Assembly (NCBI GenBank): GCA_964515115.1
Contig: CAZESB010000001.1
Location: 48,292 to 112,291 of the forward strand
Direction: 5' to 3'
Length of the DNA stretch: 64,000 nucleotides
Source: an uncultured Pseudomonadales bacterium
Lineage (GTDB): Bacteria > Patescibacteriota > Microgenomatia > UBA1400 > PJMF01
Shown here piece by piece: positions 48,606-57,527 of this stretch. The number at the start of each line of letters is the position of its first letter. The first letter of the stretch is position 1. The position numbers and the translations under genes were made by a program. Below the pieces are notes generated by a model. It was not told where the DNA came from and made no database searches. It saw nothing but the letters and a program-made list of their open reading frames with translations.

Positions 48606-49072
48606 GAGCTCTCTGCCTCCTCGCTGGTTGTTTGAGCTTCGCTTTCATACATATCTGTCACTACCACAATTCGTTCTTCCATGGCTGTTTCGCCTGAGTC
48701 ATTAACGACATAGATGTTGAGCAGATTAGTGCCATCTTGCAAGTTAGCGTTGAAAGTGAAATTGCCCGAATCATCACTGACGACAATATTATCATCTGCA
48801 TTGATAAAAAGGACTACGTTGGCATTGGGAATGGTGGTGCCGGTGATGGTGGTGGTGTTGGCGGTTTGAACAGCGCCTGCTTGAGGAGTGTGGACCGACA
48901 GCACGGTAGCAACCGCCGCGGACTCAAGTGCGCCATTGGTCAGCTCCAGCACATCGGCTACATCGGTGACGGGAGGCTGGTTGAGCGAATTCTGAACTCG
49001 ATAAATACCATAGGTAATTACCAACCCCATGCTCAGACCAATCAAAACCGCTACAAGCACTTCTTTTTTCAT
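48602..49072 (-). CDS. Membrane-anchored protein with bacterial Ig-like (Big) domain
   Basis: N-terminal TM; TTITGTTIPNANVVLFINADDNIVVSDDSGNFTFNANL resembles Big/Ig-like repeats. Confidence 0.45.
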   Translation of the reverse strand: MKKEVLVAVLIGLSMGLVITYGIYRVQNSLNQPPVTDVADVLELTNGALESAAVATVLSVHTPQAGAVQTANTTTITGTTIPNANVVLFINADDNIVVSDDSGNFTFNANLQDGTNLLNIYVVNDSGETAMEERIVVVTDMYESEAQTTSEEAESS

Positions 49073-49182
49073 ACTGAATATCCATTATAACCCATGACGC
49101 AAGCGCCTGCTGAACATTGCACTCATTGCTTCAAATGATATAGTATGAGATAACTGAAATTCAAGCAAATGAAGGAGTATCA

Positions 49183-49842
49183 ATGTTGATTACTTATCAC
49201 GGTCACTCAATGTTTAAACTCAAAGGCAAGAGAGGGACGGTAGTGACCGATCCCTTTGGTGACTACATCGGTTTTGATATGCCGAGGGTGAGTGGCGATA
49301 TTGTGACAATCTCGCATCAGCATCCCGATCACAATGCCCACGACAGAATCAGCGGCACTGCCAGAAGGAAAAATCCGTTTATCATTGATCAACCGGGTGA
49401 GTATGAAGTCGGGGGTATTTCGGTTTTTGGGACTAAAACTTACCACGATACTGCTGAAGGCGCCGAGCGGGGAGAGAATATTGCTTTTACTATTTTGATT
49501 GATGGCATCAGAATTTGTCACTTAGGCGATTTGGGTCACGAGCTTACTGCCAGGCAGCTGGAGGAAATTGGCGCGGTTGATATTTTGTTGGTTCCGGTTG
49601 GCGGCACTTTTACCATTGGTCCGGAACTGGCGGTCAAGACTATTCGCACCTTGGAGCCAAGCATTGCCATTCCGATGCATTACAAAACCGCTGATCATGA
49701 CGAGAAAATTTTTAGTGAGGTGAAAACTTTGGACGAATTTACTAAAGAATATGGTTTAGAGCCTAAACCTGAAGTTAAACTGGACTTGAGTCGCAGTCGG
49801 TTGGGCGAAGAAACTGAGCTGATTGTTTTGAGGGCCACCTGA
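49183..49842 (+). CDS. MBL-fold metal-dependent hydrolase (UPF0173-like)
   Basis: ITYHGHSMF...DPF start, SHQHPDHNAHD metal motif. Confidence 0.65.
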   Translation: MLITYHGHSMFKLKGKRGTVVTDPFGDYIGFDMPRVSGDIVTISHQHPDHNAHDRISGTARRKNPFIIDQPGEYEVGGISVFGTKTYHDTAEGAERGENIAFTILIDGIRICHLGDLGHELTARQLEEIGAVDILLVPVGGTFTIGPELAVKTIRTLEPSIAIPMHYKTADHDEKIFSEVKTLDEFTKEYGLEPKPEVKLDLSRSRLGEETELIVLRAT

Positions 49843-49884
49843 AAGTAATTTGGTGTAGTGTAGGGGGAGCAGAACGACATCAAC

Positions 49885-51225
49885 ATGGCTGAAAATAAAA
49901 AAGGTAGAATTCCGCCGCACAATTTGGACGCTGAACGCTCGGTGTTGAGTGCTATTTTAATTGATCCTGACGCTATTGTTAAAATTGCCGACCTCATCAG
50001 CCCGGCGGCTTTTTACGATCCGGCCAATCAAGGCATTTATGAAGCCATGCAGAAGCTTTACGATGACCGCCAGCCGATCGATGTGGTCACTCTCACCGAC
50101 CAACTTCGAAAAATGAAACAGCTCACCAAGGCCGGTGGGACCGCGGCGATTGCGGAGCTTTCCAACGCCGCTTCTACCTCAGCCAACATTGTTCATTATG
50201 CCAAACTGGTGGCGGACGCCTACATCAAGCGGCGGATTATCAGTCTGAGCGGAGAACTAACCGAGTTGGCTTTTGATCCTGGCAAGGAGCTGGAAGATGT
50301 CATGGACGCGGCCGAGCAGAAAGTTTACACGCTTTCTTCCACCAGAAACAGCCGGGCTTTTATTCCGATTAAAGACACTTTGGTGGAAAGTTTTGAGAGG
50401 TTGGACGAGCTGCAGCGCAGTGATGGTGAGCTGAGAGGCTTGCCAACCGGTTTTGCTGATCTGGACAACATGTTGGCCGGTTTCCAGAAATCCAACCTAA
50501 TTATTTTAGCGGCCAGGCCGGGAACGGGAAAAACTGCTTTGGCTTTAAATATGGCTCAACACATGTGTGTGGCTGTTAAAAAAAGAGTGGGTTTTTTCTC
50601 TCTGGAAATGAGCCGGGAGGAGTTGGTGGATCGTTTGTTGGTGGCCCAGGCCGATATTGACGCCTGGAAGCTTAAAACGGGCAAACTCAATCAGCAGGAT
50701 TTTATGAAGCTCTCCGACGCCATGGGAGTACTGGCTGATGCTAATATTTTTGTTGATGATACCCCGGGCATGAGTATTTTTGAGATGCGTACTCGCGCCC
50801 GAAGGTTGATGACGGAGTATCATATTGATTTGCTGATTGTTGATTATCTCCAGCTGGCTCAAGGCAGAACCAAGGATAATCGGGTCCAGGAAGTGGCAGA
50901 AATTTCGCAGGGCTTGAAAAATATTGCTCGAGAACTGAAAATTCCGGTTTTGGGTATTTCGCAGTTAAATCGGTCGGTGGAGAGTAGGACAGAAAAGTCG
51001 CCGCAACTTTCTGATTTGCGGGAGTCAGGCTCGATTGAACAGGATGCCGACGTGGTGATGTTCCTTTACCGTAAGGATGATGATGTGCGTGAGGCAGTGA
51101 CTTTGAAGATTGCCAAACACCGGAATGGCAGCGTGGGTGAAATTGATCTTTACTTTAGAGGCGATCGAATTAAATTTTACGGCATGGAGCGGCGGCATGA
51201 AGGTGGCGTTTTGGCCGCGGCTTAG
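49885..51225 (+). CDS. dnaB: Replicative DNA helicase DnaB
   Basis: PPHNLDAERSVLSAIL N-domain, Walker A ARPGTGKT, Walker B IVDYLQL, RecA-like C-domain. Confidence 0.9.
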   Translation: MAENKKGRIPPHNLDAERSVLSAILIDPDAIVKIADLISPAAFYDPANQGIYEAMQKLYDDRQPIDVVTLTDQLRKMKQLTKAGGTAAIAELSNAASTSANIVHYAKLVADAYIKRRIISLSGELTELAFDPGKELEDVMDAAEQKVYTLSSTRNSRAFIPIKDTLVESFERLDELQRSDGELRGLPTGFADLDNMLAGFQKSNLIILAARPGTGKTALALNMAQHMCVAVKKRVGFFSLEMSREELVDRLLVAQADIDAWKLKTGKLNQQDFMKLSDAMGVLADANIFVDDTPGMSIFEMRTRARRLMTEYHIDLLIVDYLQLAQGRTKDNRVQEVAEISQGLKNIARELKIPVLGISQLNRSVESRTEKSPQLSDLRESGSIEQDADVVMFLYRKDDDVREAVTLKIAKHRNGSVGEIDLYFRGDRIKFYGMERRHEGGVLAAA

Positions 51226-51270
51226 AGGTTAATCACTTTTAGTTAAAGCTGGCCGACTGGGAAATAGCCA

Positions 51271-51507
51271 TTAAACCCCAGGCATATAGCCGAACAAGAG
51301 ATAAATCAAACCTCCGGAGAGAGCAAAAAACAAGAGCAGAAAACCAAGATTAGACTTGAGGTTTTTGAGGGATTTTTGCGGATCGGGTGTGTCTGAGCTG
51401 ATGATAATCACTGCGGCCACAATGAACCAAAACAGGCCACGGAAAACTACCGACCAAATGCTGTTGACGTTTAAAATTGACTCCAAAAGGTTGGCTGCAA
51501 TTTCCAT
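51271..51507 (-). CDS. Small 2-TM membrane protein, hypothetical
   Basis: 78 aa, two hydrophobic helices. Confidence 0.35.
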   Translation of the reverse strand: MEIAANLLESILNVNSIWSVVFRGLFWFIVAAVIIISSDTPDPQKSLKNLKSNLGFLLLFFALSGGLIYLLFGYMPGV

Positions 51508-51573
51508 GCTTCTACTATGCGTGAAAAAAATGAAAATATCAAGCTCGTGGTATAATTGAGTTCTTCAAATAGT

Positions 51574-51659
51574 GCCGTGGTGGCGGAATAGGCAGACGCG
51601 CGAGACTCAAAATCTCGTTCTCTTTACCGGGAGTGTGGGTTCGATTCCCACCCACGGCA
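51574..51659 (+). tRNA. tRNA-Leu (anticodon CAA), class II with long variable arm
   Basis: GCCGTGGTGGCGGAATAGGCAGACGCGCGAGACTCAAAATCTCGTTCTCTTTACCGGGAGTGTGGGTTCGATTCCCACCCACGGCA; 7-nt loop CTCAAAA. Confidence 0.85.
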
Positions 51660-51672
51660 CAAAATTTTTCGG

Positions 51673-52119
51673 TTACCGCAAAAACCAAATTGCCGCCACC
51701 AAAATCAGTTGCGGCATCAGCCCCAAAACCATGTTAGGAGTGGAATTATGGAAAAATTGATGGAAGTTGTTGATGGGCTTGAGAAAATCCGGCTCCCAGC
51801 GCAGGAAATTGCGCGGTGCTTCCAGTAAATCCGGGACGATACCCGTGAGCGCGCCCAGCCAAACATGATATTGAATCCCGGCTTTGCCACTCTGAAAAAA
51901 CAGCCAAATCAGTCCCAGAGCGACACTCAACTCGATCAGTTCCAAAATAATAGCAGTTGAACGCTTGCGGCTGCCGTTGGATAGCCCGGTGCCAACATCC
52001 CAATGAGGAATCCAATCCTGGAGATAGTGCATGGCCAAAGTGGTGGGAACATAGACTGCCGGATGTGGGAAAGTGCTGGCCACAAAGGCCCCCGTCAGCA
52101 TATGAGGAATTGATAACAT
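51673..52119 (-). CDS. Hypothetical His-rich membrane protein (possible YdjM-like membrane hydrolase)
   Basis: Several TM helices, multiple His (HYLQDWIPHWD, VPDLLEAP); assignment weak. Confidence 0.35.
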   Translation of the reverse strand: MLSIPHMLTGAFVASTFPHPAVYVPTTLAMHYLQDWIPHWDVGTGLSNGSRKRSTAIILELIELSVALGLIWLFFQSGKAGIQYHVWLGALTGIVPDLLEAPRNFLRWEPDFLKPINNFHQFFHNSTPNMVLGLMPQLILVAAIWFLR

Positions 52120-52261
52120 ATAGCGAGGCTAAGTATAGCAGAATCTTGAAAAAGCGTGAACCGGGGTGGTTTTAGAGACATCATTGTGTCGGCATCATTA
52201 CAAACCAGGGTGGTTGGGAATTATGAGGAACTGAGTGGTGTAGAGTTACTTTCAGCAACAG

Positions 52262-52269
52262 TGTAGAAT
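52262..52269 (+). promoter_or_regulatory. Extended -10 element TGTAGAAT upstream of lgt
   Basis: Read directly, 22 nt upstream of the lgt GTG start. Confidence 0.3.
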
Positions 52270-52290
52270 ACTCAATATAGAAAGGCAGTA

Positions 52291-53154
52291 GTGTTTCCGA
52301 TTTTATTTTCATACGGTCCGGTGACGATCAAAACCATGAGTCTTTTTATGGTTTTGGCTTTTCTGGCCAGCGCCTTTATTTTTTGGAAACGGGGTAGGGA
52401 AGAGCATTACAAGGAGGATCAACTTTTTGACGGTTTTTTGATGGCGACGGTTTTTGGTTTGCTGGCGGCTCGGGCCGGTTACCTGATTTTCAATTTTGCT
52501 ACTTTTGGTTTTTCTCTGATTCGCTGGGTCGATTTTTTGAGTTATCCGGGCTTGAGCGGGCTTTTTGGCTTGATTGCCGGTGGCTGGTATCTTTATCGTT
52601 ACGCCGGCAAAAATCGCTGGGATGGTTTTGAAATTCTGGATTTTTGGGCGATTGCGGTAGCCATGGGTTTGATTTTTACCTCGCTTGGCTCCTTTCTTGA
52701 TGGCAGCGGTTATGGTTACGCCACTAGCTTGCCGGTGGGGGTGACTTTTCCCAGTTTAATTGAACCGCACCATCCGGTTCAGCTTTATTTTTTCCTTTTT
52801 TACTTGGCTTTGTACTTTTATCTTTTCTGGGCGGAATATCATTATCGCACTTTTGAGTGGTATCGCTATGGCAAAAAAACCGCCCAAACCGGCTTTTTGA
52901 TTTCTGCTTTCGTTATTGCCACTGGCTTGGCGAACTTTATACTCGCTTTTTTCAAACCGCCCGCGCTGACTTTGTATGGCGCCAATCTGGATATGGCGGT
53001 GTCTTTGGCGGCATTTGTGGTGGGGGTGATGTTGCTTTATGTTAGGTCTGGTCGAGTGTTGCCTTTTTCGGCCGGCAGCAAAAAGAAGCAGGCTCGCTTG
53101 AGGCGGTTTCAACAAGTTGAAAAACCGATAATTGATCAGCCAGACCAGTTTTAG
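52291..53154 (+). CDS. lgt: Prolipoprotein diacylglyceryl transferase
   Basis: MFPILFSYGPVTIKT start, HPVQLYFFLFY (Lgt HPxQLYE signature), polytopic; GTG start. Confidence 0.75.
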   Translation: MFPILFSYGPVTIKTMSLFMVLAFLASAFIFWKRGREEHYKEDQLFDGFLMATVFGLLAARAGYLIFNFATFGFSLIRWVDFLSYPGLSGLFGLIAGGWYLYRYAGKNRWDGFEILDFWAIAVAMGLIFTSLGSFLDGSGYGYATSLPVGVTFPSLIEPHHPVQLYFFLFYLALYFYLFWAEYHYRTFEWYRYGKKTAQTGFLISAFVIATGLANFILAFFKPPALTLYGANLDMAVSLAAFVVGVMLLYVRSGRVLPFSAGSKKKQARLRRFQQVEKPIIDQPDQF

Positions 53155-53164
53155 CCTCGAATTT

Positions 53165-53569
53165 ATGCGCAGATTAATGATCTTTTTTGCCAGCACCGTG
53201 GTTTTTGACCAACTGACCAAGTACTTGACGACAGTTTTTGGCCGCCAAGTTTATCTCAATCCCGGCATTTCTTTTGCCTGGTTGGCCAACGAAACCCAGG
53301 CAGCGGTGATTTTGCTGACTTTTATCATGATTGTGCTTTTGGGCTTGAGGTATGGCTATTTTTGGGCCAAGCATCCGGTGGCTACCGGTTTGTTTTTCGG
53401 TGGCGCTTTTTCTAATTTGATTGACAGACTGGTTTTGGGCGGTGTGCGGGACTGGATTCCGGTACCATTTTTACCGTTTCAAAATAATTTGGCTGACTTG
53501 GCTATTTGGGTGAGTTTGGCGATGATGATTTGGTATTTGTATCAGGGAGGGGAAGATGAAGCGTTTTGA
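53165..53569 (+). CDS. lspA: Lipoprotein signal peptidase II
   Basis: FGGAFSNLIDRLVLGGVRDWI matches the LspA GGAxGNLxDR motif; ATG at 53165 preferred. Confidence 0.7.
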   Translation: MRRLMIFFASTVVFDQLTKYLTTVFGRQVYLNPGISFAWLANETQAAVILLTFIMIVLLGLRYGYFWAKHPVATGLFFGGAFSNLIDRLVLGGVRDWIPVPFLPFQNNLADLAIWVSLAMMIWYLYQGGEDEAF

Positions 53570-54395
53570 TTTGCCGGTTATATACGAAGATGAAGATTTG
53601 TTGGTAGTGAATAAACCAGCCGGAGTGGTGGTCAATCGGGCAGCCACTTATCAAGGCTGGACAGTACAAGATTGGCTGGAGGAACGGTTGGGGGAGAGCG
53701 GAGAAACTGGAGCTAAAGCTAGAGATTGGGAAAAGTTGGTGCCTGAAGATTTTACTGCTCAGTATGGCAGTCCTGAAAAAATTTTTGAAAACAGGCTAGG
53801 AATGGTGCACCGACTGGACAAAGACACCAGTGGGGCCTTATTGCTGGCTAAAAATCCCGGTGTTTTGGTCAATCTGTTGGCGCAGTTTAAAAATCGCCAG
53901 GTACAAAAAAAATATTTGTGCCTGACTCACGGTCGGTTTGTGTTTGAGAGTGGGGCGGTGAGGTTGCCGGTGGGCCGCCGGCCGGACAATCGCCGGCTGT
54001 TTGGTATCGTACCCGATGGCCGGCCGGCGGAAACAGTCTACCAAGTCCTCAAATACTACCCCCACTTCAACGCCCAACTGCTGCCGGAAAACATCAGCAA
54101 AAACCAGCGTCTGAGCCTGTACCAAGGTTTTAGCCTGGTAGAATGTTTGCCGAAAACCGGCCGCACCCACCAGATTAGAGTTCATCTGCAACACCTGCAA
54201 CACCCCATCGTGGGCGATAGTATTTATGTGGGCAAAAAACGGGCTAAACTCGACGCTCTTTGGTGCCCGAGGCAGTTTTTGCACGCCAGTAGCCTGACTT
54301 TTACTCACTCTCGCTCCCGGAAACAGCTCACCATCCAAGCTGAACTACTCGCCGATCTCAAAGACGTCTTGAAGTTTGTTTCTGAATCAGCGTAA
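53556..54395 (+). CDS. rluD: RluA-family 23S rRNA pseudouridine synthase
   Basis: VHRLDKDTSGALLLAKN catalytic Asp motif; 14-nt overlap with lspA. Confidence 0.8.
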   Translation: MKRFDLPVIYEDEDLLVVNKPAGVVVNRAATYQGWTVQDWLEERLGESGETGAKARDWEKLVPEDFTAQYGSPEKIFENRLGMVHRLDKDTSGALLLAKNPGVLVNLLAQFKNRQVQKKYLCLTHGRFVFESGAVRLPVGRRPDNRRLFGIVPDGRPAETVYQVLKYYPHFNAQLLPENISKNQRLSLYQGFSLVECLPKTGRTHQIRVHLQHLQHPIVGDSIYVGKKRAKLDALWCPRQFLHASSLTFTHSRSRKQLTIQAELLADLKDVLKFVSESA

Positions 54396-54405
54396 AATGG
54401 GCTGC

Positions 54406-55023
54406 ATGATGAAATTTCCAGTCACCCAATTTGACAACAACGGCGCTGCCTTTATTACTCCCACCTGGGAGGAACTGAACCAACTAGCTTTTGCGGTGGC
54501 GCAAAAAATCCTCACCGACGGCGCTCAGTTTGACAGAATTGTCACTCTGGCTAAAGGTGGCTGGCCCATGACTCGCTCATTGGTAGATTATCTCAACGTT
54601 AGGGAAGTGGCCAGCATTGGCATCAAATTTTATGCCGGTATCAACAAAAGGATGAGCCGACCGGAAATTTATCAGGATTTGCCGGTGATTGTGAAGGGGG
54701 AAAGTGTTTTGCTTTTTGACGATGTGGCCGATTCCGGTGAGTCCTTAGAATTTACTCGCGAGTACTTATTGGATCAGGGTGTAGCTTCGGTCAAATGTGC
54801 CACTTTGTTTTACAAACCGCACTCCACGTTCAAACCGAATTATTTTGCCGGCGAAACCACGGCTTGGATTATTTTCCCCTACGAAACCCTGGAAAGCATG
54901 AAATTACTCGAGGAGACTTGGCTTAAGCAGGGCCTGAAAAAAGCAGCCATTATTGACCGGTTTATAAAACTTGGGATTAAAGACCGCTACATCAATCATT
55001 ACCAAAAGCTTCATAATTTATAG
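54406..55023 (+). CDS. gpt: Purine phosphoribosyltransferase, xanthine-guanine PRTase (Gpt)-like
   Basis: TWEELNQLAFAVAQKI...IVTLAKGGWPMTRSLVDYL, PRPP loop LLFDDVADSGESL, LFYKP, TAWIIFPYE parallel the E. coli Gpt blocks. Confidence 0.6.
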   Translation: MMKFPVTQFDNNGAAFITPTWEELNQLAFAVAQKILTDGAQFDRIVTLAKGGWPMTRSLVDYLNVREVASIGIKFYAGINKRMSRPEIYQDLPVIVKGESVLLFDDVADSGESLEFTREYLLDQGVASVKCATLFYKPHSTFKPNYFAGETTAWIIFPYETLESMKLLEETWLKQGLKKAAIIDRFIKLGIKDRYINHYQKLHNL

Positions 55024-55025
55024 GT

Positions 55026-55054
55026 TTGACAAACCGCAAATAATATCCTATAAT
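55026..55054 (+). promoter_or_regulatory. Perfect-consensus sigma70 promoter TTGACA-17 nt-TATAAT
   Basis: Read directly: TTGACA at 55026-55031, 17-nt spacer, TATAAT at 55049-55054. Confidence 0.6.
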
Positions 55055-55248
55055 AATAAAATTAGGGCTTGAAATCATTTCGGCCTTTACTTAGAATGCA
55101 CTAATTACTACAAGTTGGTGGAAGCGCTTTTGCAGTTTTCCTCCCAAGCAACGAACCGGCCAGGCTTACGTGGACACCAAACACCAGGCACGGAGAAACC
55201 AAGTGAAGAAAGCAGTAGAGGCGTTTTTTAGATAAATTATTTTAGAAT

Positions 55249-56688
55249 ATGTCATTGTTAGAGTTGAACGAATCTGGTTCTAACCAAAGCCAGCATGAAT
55301 TAGAATTACTCCTTTGCAAATTTTTGGAGGCTAATAAATTCAATAATTTAGCAGTAGTTCTTTCTTGGCTTCATCATCAAGAGCAAATTGCAACTGAGCC
55401 GGACGCTGAGCACAACATTGATTCAATGGCTGAGTTTGCGGCATGGCAACCCGACAGTCCTCAAATGTTAGAAGTGTGGGGTGGCACCAACTGCATTGGC
55501 ATGGTTCAGTTATTCAAGGAGATTTTGGAAGATCGCGGCTATCAGACTGAACTGGCGGTGACAACAAGCAATAACCTCCCAGAAGGTGTTTCAATAGTGG
55601 ATGTTCCTTTTCAGCACGCGGCGCTATATGTTACTGATGATGAAGGGATCATGTATTTGGTTGATCCAGGATTAGGTTTGGTTAAACCTATTGAGCTAAC
55701 TGAGAATTCTGTTGAAATAGCCGGCAGGAAATACACGCTGGAATTACATGAAGAAATGCAGCGGCTTCGTGTCATTAAGCCGAGTGGCGAAGAACTTCAT
55801 TTTGATTTTGTCTCAGCACCACCTGATATGGACTTAGAAAGAAATATTCAGAAACCACTTCTGAGGGCAACTAGTGTCTTTAAAATTGATAAATTCAATG
55901 CTGAAGGACAAAAAACCTGCTCTATTAAAATTGATTTAATTAGAAAGTCGGTCTCTTATTTTGTTCTTCAAGAAGTAGAAACACGTTCATTTGCAGAACT
56001 CCCAACTATTGAAATAGGCAAAGCAGGTCATTTATTTCGTAATGTCATGGCAGAATTAGATGATCCTGAACTCGCGAGTAAGTTGCGTTCTATAGCGGCA
56101 AGAGAAGATGACATAGTGGCAATTTGGTTTGATGAATTGCAAAAGCAATATTATTTAGAAAACCCGGAGCAACTTTCTCCGTTTGAAACACCATCCAGTC
56201 AATTGCTTGAGCGAGGTTATCAAGCTGGCGGGGTGGTGGCGGTGCTTCATGACGGCGCTGGCAAAGTAATACTTTATGAAGTACCAGAGGGAATGGATAA
56301 ACCGCAAATCAACAGGTATTCAGGAAACCTTAATGTTTTTACTGAAACGGCTGAATTTATGCCTGGTGAAAATGGCGGTATGATTATGGAAGAGTTAGAA
56401 CCAAATATGCAGCGAATTTATCAGGAAGAAATTGGTCTAACTCCACCTGAAGAATTTATTTATCGTGAAGTAGATTATAGAGCAGGTTCACCGGTTAGGG
56501 CCAGAGTTATAATTCAGCAAGTAGAGAAAGATGCTTTGTCTGCAGTAATGGCTTATAATATTGATAGTACAGAAATTGGCCAGGTGCAATGGGTTAATTT
56601 GCACGAACTAGATAAGCAACCAATTGAACCGAATGCTCGGGCAATTTTGCAAAAACTTCTAGATGCTGGTGTTCTTAGGCATGCATAA
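55249..56688 (+). CDS. Fusion protein: N-terminal arylamine N-acetyltransferase (NAT)-like Cys-His-Asp domain plus C-terminal degenerate Nudix-like region
   Basis: VWGGTNCIGMVQLF (NAT RGGxCxxxNxLF), 40 aa later FQHAALYVTDDEGIMYLVDPGLG (NAT HLLLxVxxxxxxYIVDxGFG) with NAT-like Cys/His/Asp spacing; C-terminus FMPGENGGMIMEELEPNMQRIYQEEIGL approximates a Nudix box with a 1-residue deletion. Confidence 0.5.
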   Translation: MSLLELNESGSNQSQHELELLLCKFLEANKFNNLAVVLSWLHHQEQIATEPDAEHNIDSMAEFAAWQPDSPQMLEVWGGTNCIGMVQLFKEILEDRGYQTELAVTTSNNLPEGVSIVDVPFQHAALYVTDDEGIMYLVDPGLGLVKPIELTENSVEIAGRKYTLELHEEMQRLRVIKPSGEELHFDFVSAPPDMDLERNIQKPLLRATSVFKIDKFNAEGQKTCSIKIDLIRKSVSYFVLQEVETRSFAELPTIEIGKAGHLFRNVMAELDDPELASKLRSIAAREDDIVAIWFDELQKQYYLENPEQLSPFETPSSQLLERGYQAGGVVAVLHDGAGKVILYEVPEGMDKPQINRYSGNLNVFTETAEFMPGENGGMIMEELEPNMQRIYQEEIGLTPPEEFIYREVDYRAGSPVRARVIIQQVEKDALSAVMAYNIDSTEIGQVQWVNLHELDKQPIEPNARAILQKLLDAGVLRHA

Positions 56689-57448
56689 AACAAAAATTGG
56701 CGTTTTTGCCTCTAAGGAAATATTACTAGACTTATACACTGCTGCTAGCAGTAATAAGTTGATCATCTTTTTTCATGGTTGTTGCGGCACTGTTTACGAT
56801 ACAAATCCTACAACTTATCAATTATTAGCTGATAAATTAGTTGCCACTAACACTGCCAATGTTGGGTTTTATGAATCAACCCGCAGACTCAGAAAGACTG
56901 AGGATACCGAGGAAATGGATTTTTTTCAGTTTGCTTCAGAAGCTTTTGGTGGCAAATCTTTTATAGATGAAGTAGAAGAGGGTAGACGAAGTGTTAAGTA
57001 CCTTCTGGATGAATACCGCAAACAAAAGCAGACAGCCCCAGAGCTTTATTTTGCAGGATTTTCTTTGGGTGGACTAATTGCTGCTACACTTACTCAAGAG
57101 TTCAAAGCAAAAGGCACGATGCTTTTTGGCTCTGCGAGTAAATTTGCTGTAATGGATAATTTACCCATACTTGGTTCAGCAGCAGAAATGAAAGCGGTTG
57201 CTACTATTTCTGAAACCGCGGCTAAAAGTATTGCCACACCGGTGTTGTTGATTAGGGGTACCGATGATGATACAGCCTCTCATGCCGATGCGTTGCAACT
57301 TTTTTCAGCCTTTAAGAAAGCTAAAGTAAAAACCTTTATTGAGTGGCAAGGCATTGATCATCGCTTTAAACTCAATCGTGGCGAACCTGATAGTGCTCTA
57401 ATTGACAGATTGGCAGCGGAAATTAGTCGTTTTATCAACTCTGTCTAA
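56681..57448 (+). CDS. Alpha/beta hydrolase (dienelactone hydrolase-like)
   Basis: Nucleophile elbow GFSLGG, acid RGTDDD, His GIDHRF; start overlaps the upstream stop by 8 nt. Confidence 0.6.
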   Translation: MHKTKIGVFASKEILLDLYTAASSNKLIIFFHGCCGTVYDTNPTTYQLLADKLVATNTANVGFYESTRRLRKTEDTEEMDFFQFASEAFGGKSFIDEVEEGRRSVKYLLDEYRKQKQTAPELYFAGFSLGGLIAATLTQEFKAKGTMLFGSASKFAVMDNLPILGSAAEMKAVATISETAAKSIATPVLLIRGTDDDTASHADALQLFSAFKKAKVKTFIEWQGIDHRFKLNRGEPDSALIDRLAAEISRFINSV

Positions 57449-57527
57449 ATTGTTATTCTACTACCTCGTAGTTGTTTTTAGCTATTTCTAGAGCTTTTTC
57501 ATACTATTAAATATAAAATAACCAGAC

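Noticed and set aside
51572-51760. 62-aa plus-strand ORF beginning MPWWRNRQTRETQ
   Set aside because: It is the translation of tRNA-Leu(CAA) itself. It is not a gene.
55055-55248. Known housekeeping ncRNA (SRP RNA, RNase P RNA, tmRNA, 6S) in the long leader
   Set aside because: None of the conserved motifs I can recall for those RNAs is present. It is kept only as an uncharacterised leader or sRNA candidate.
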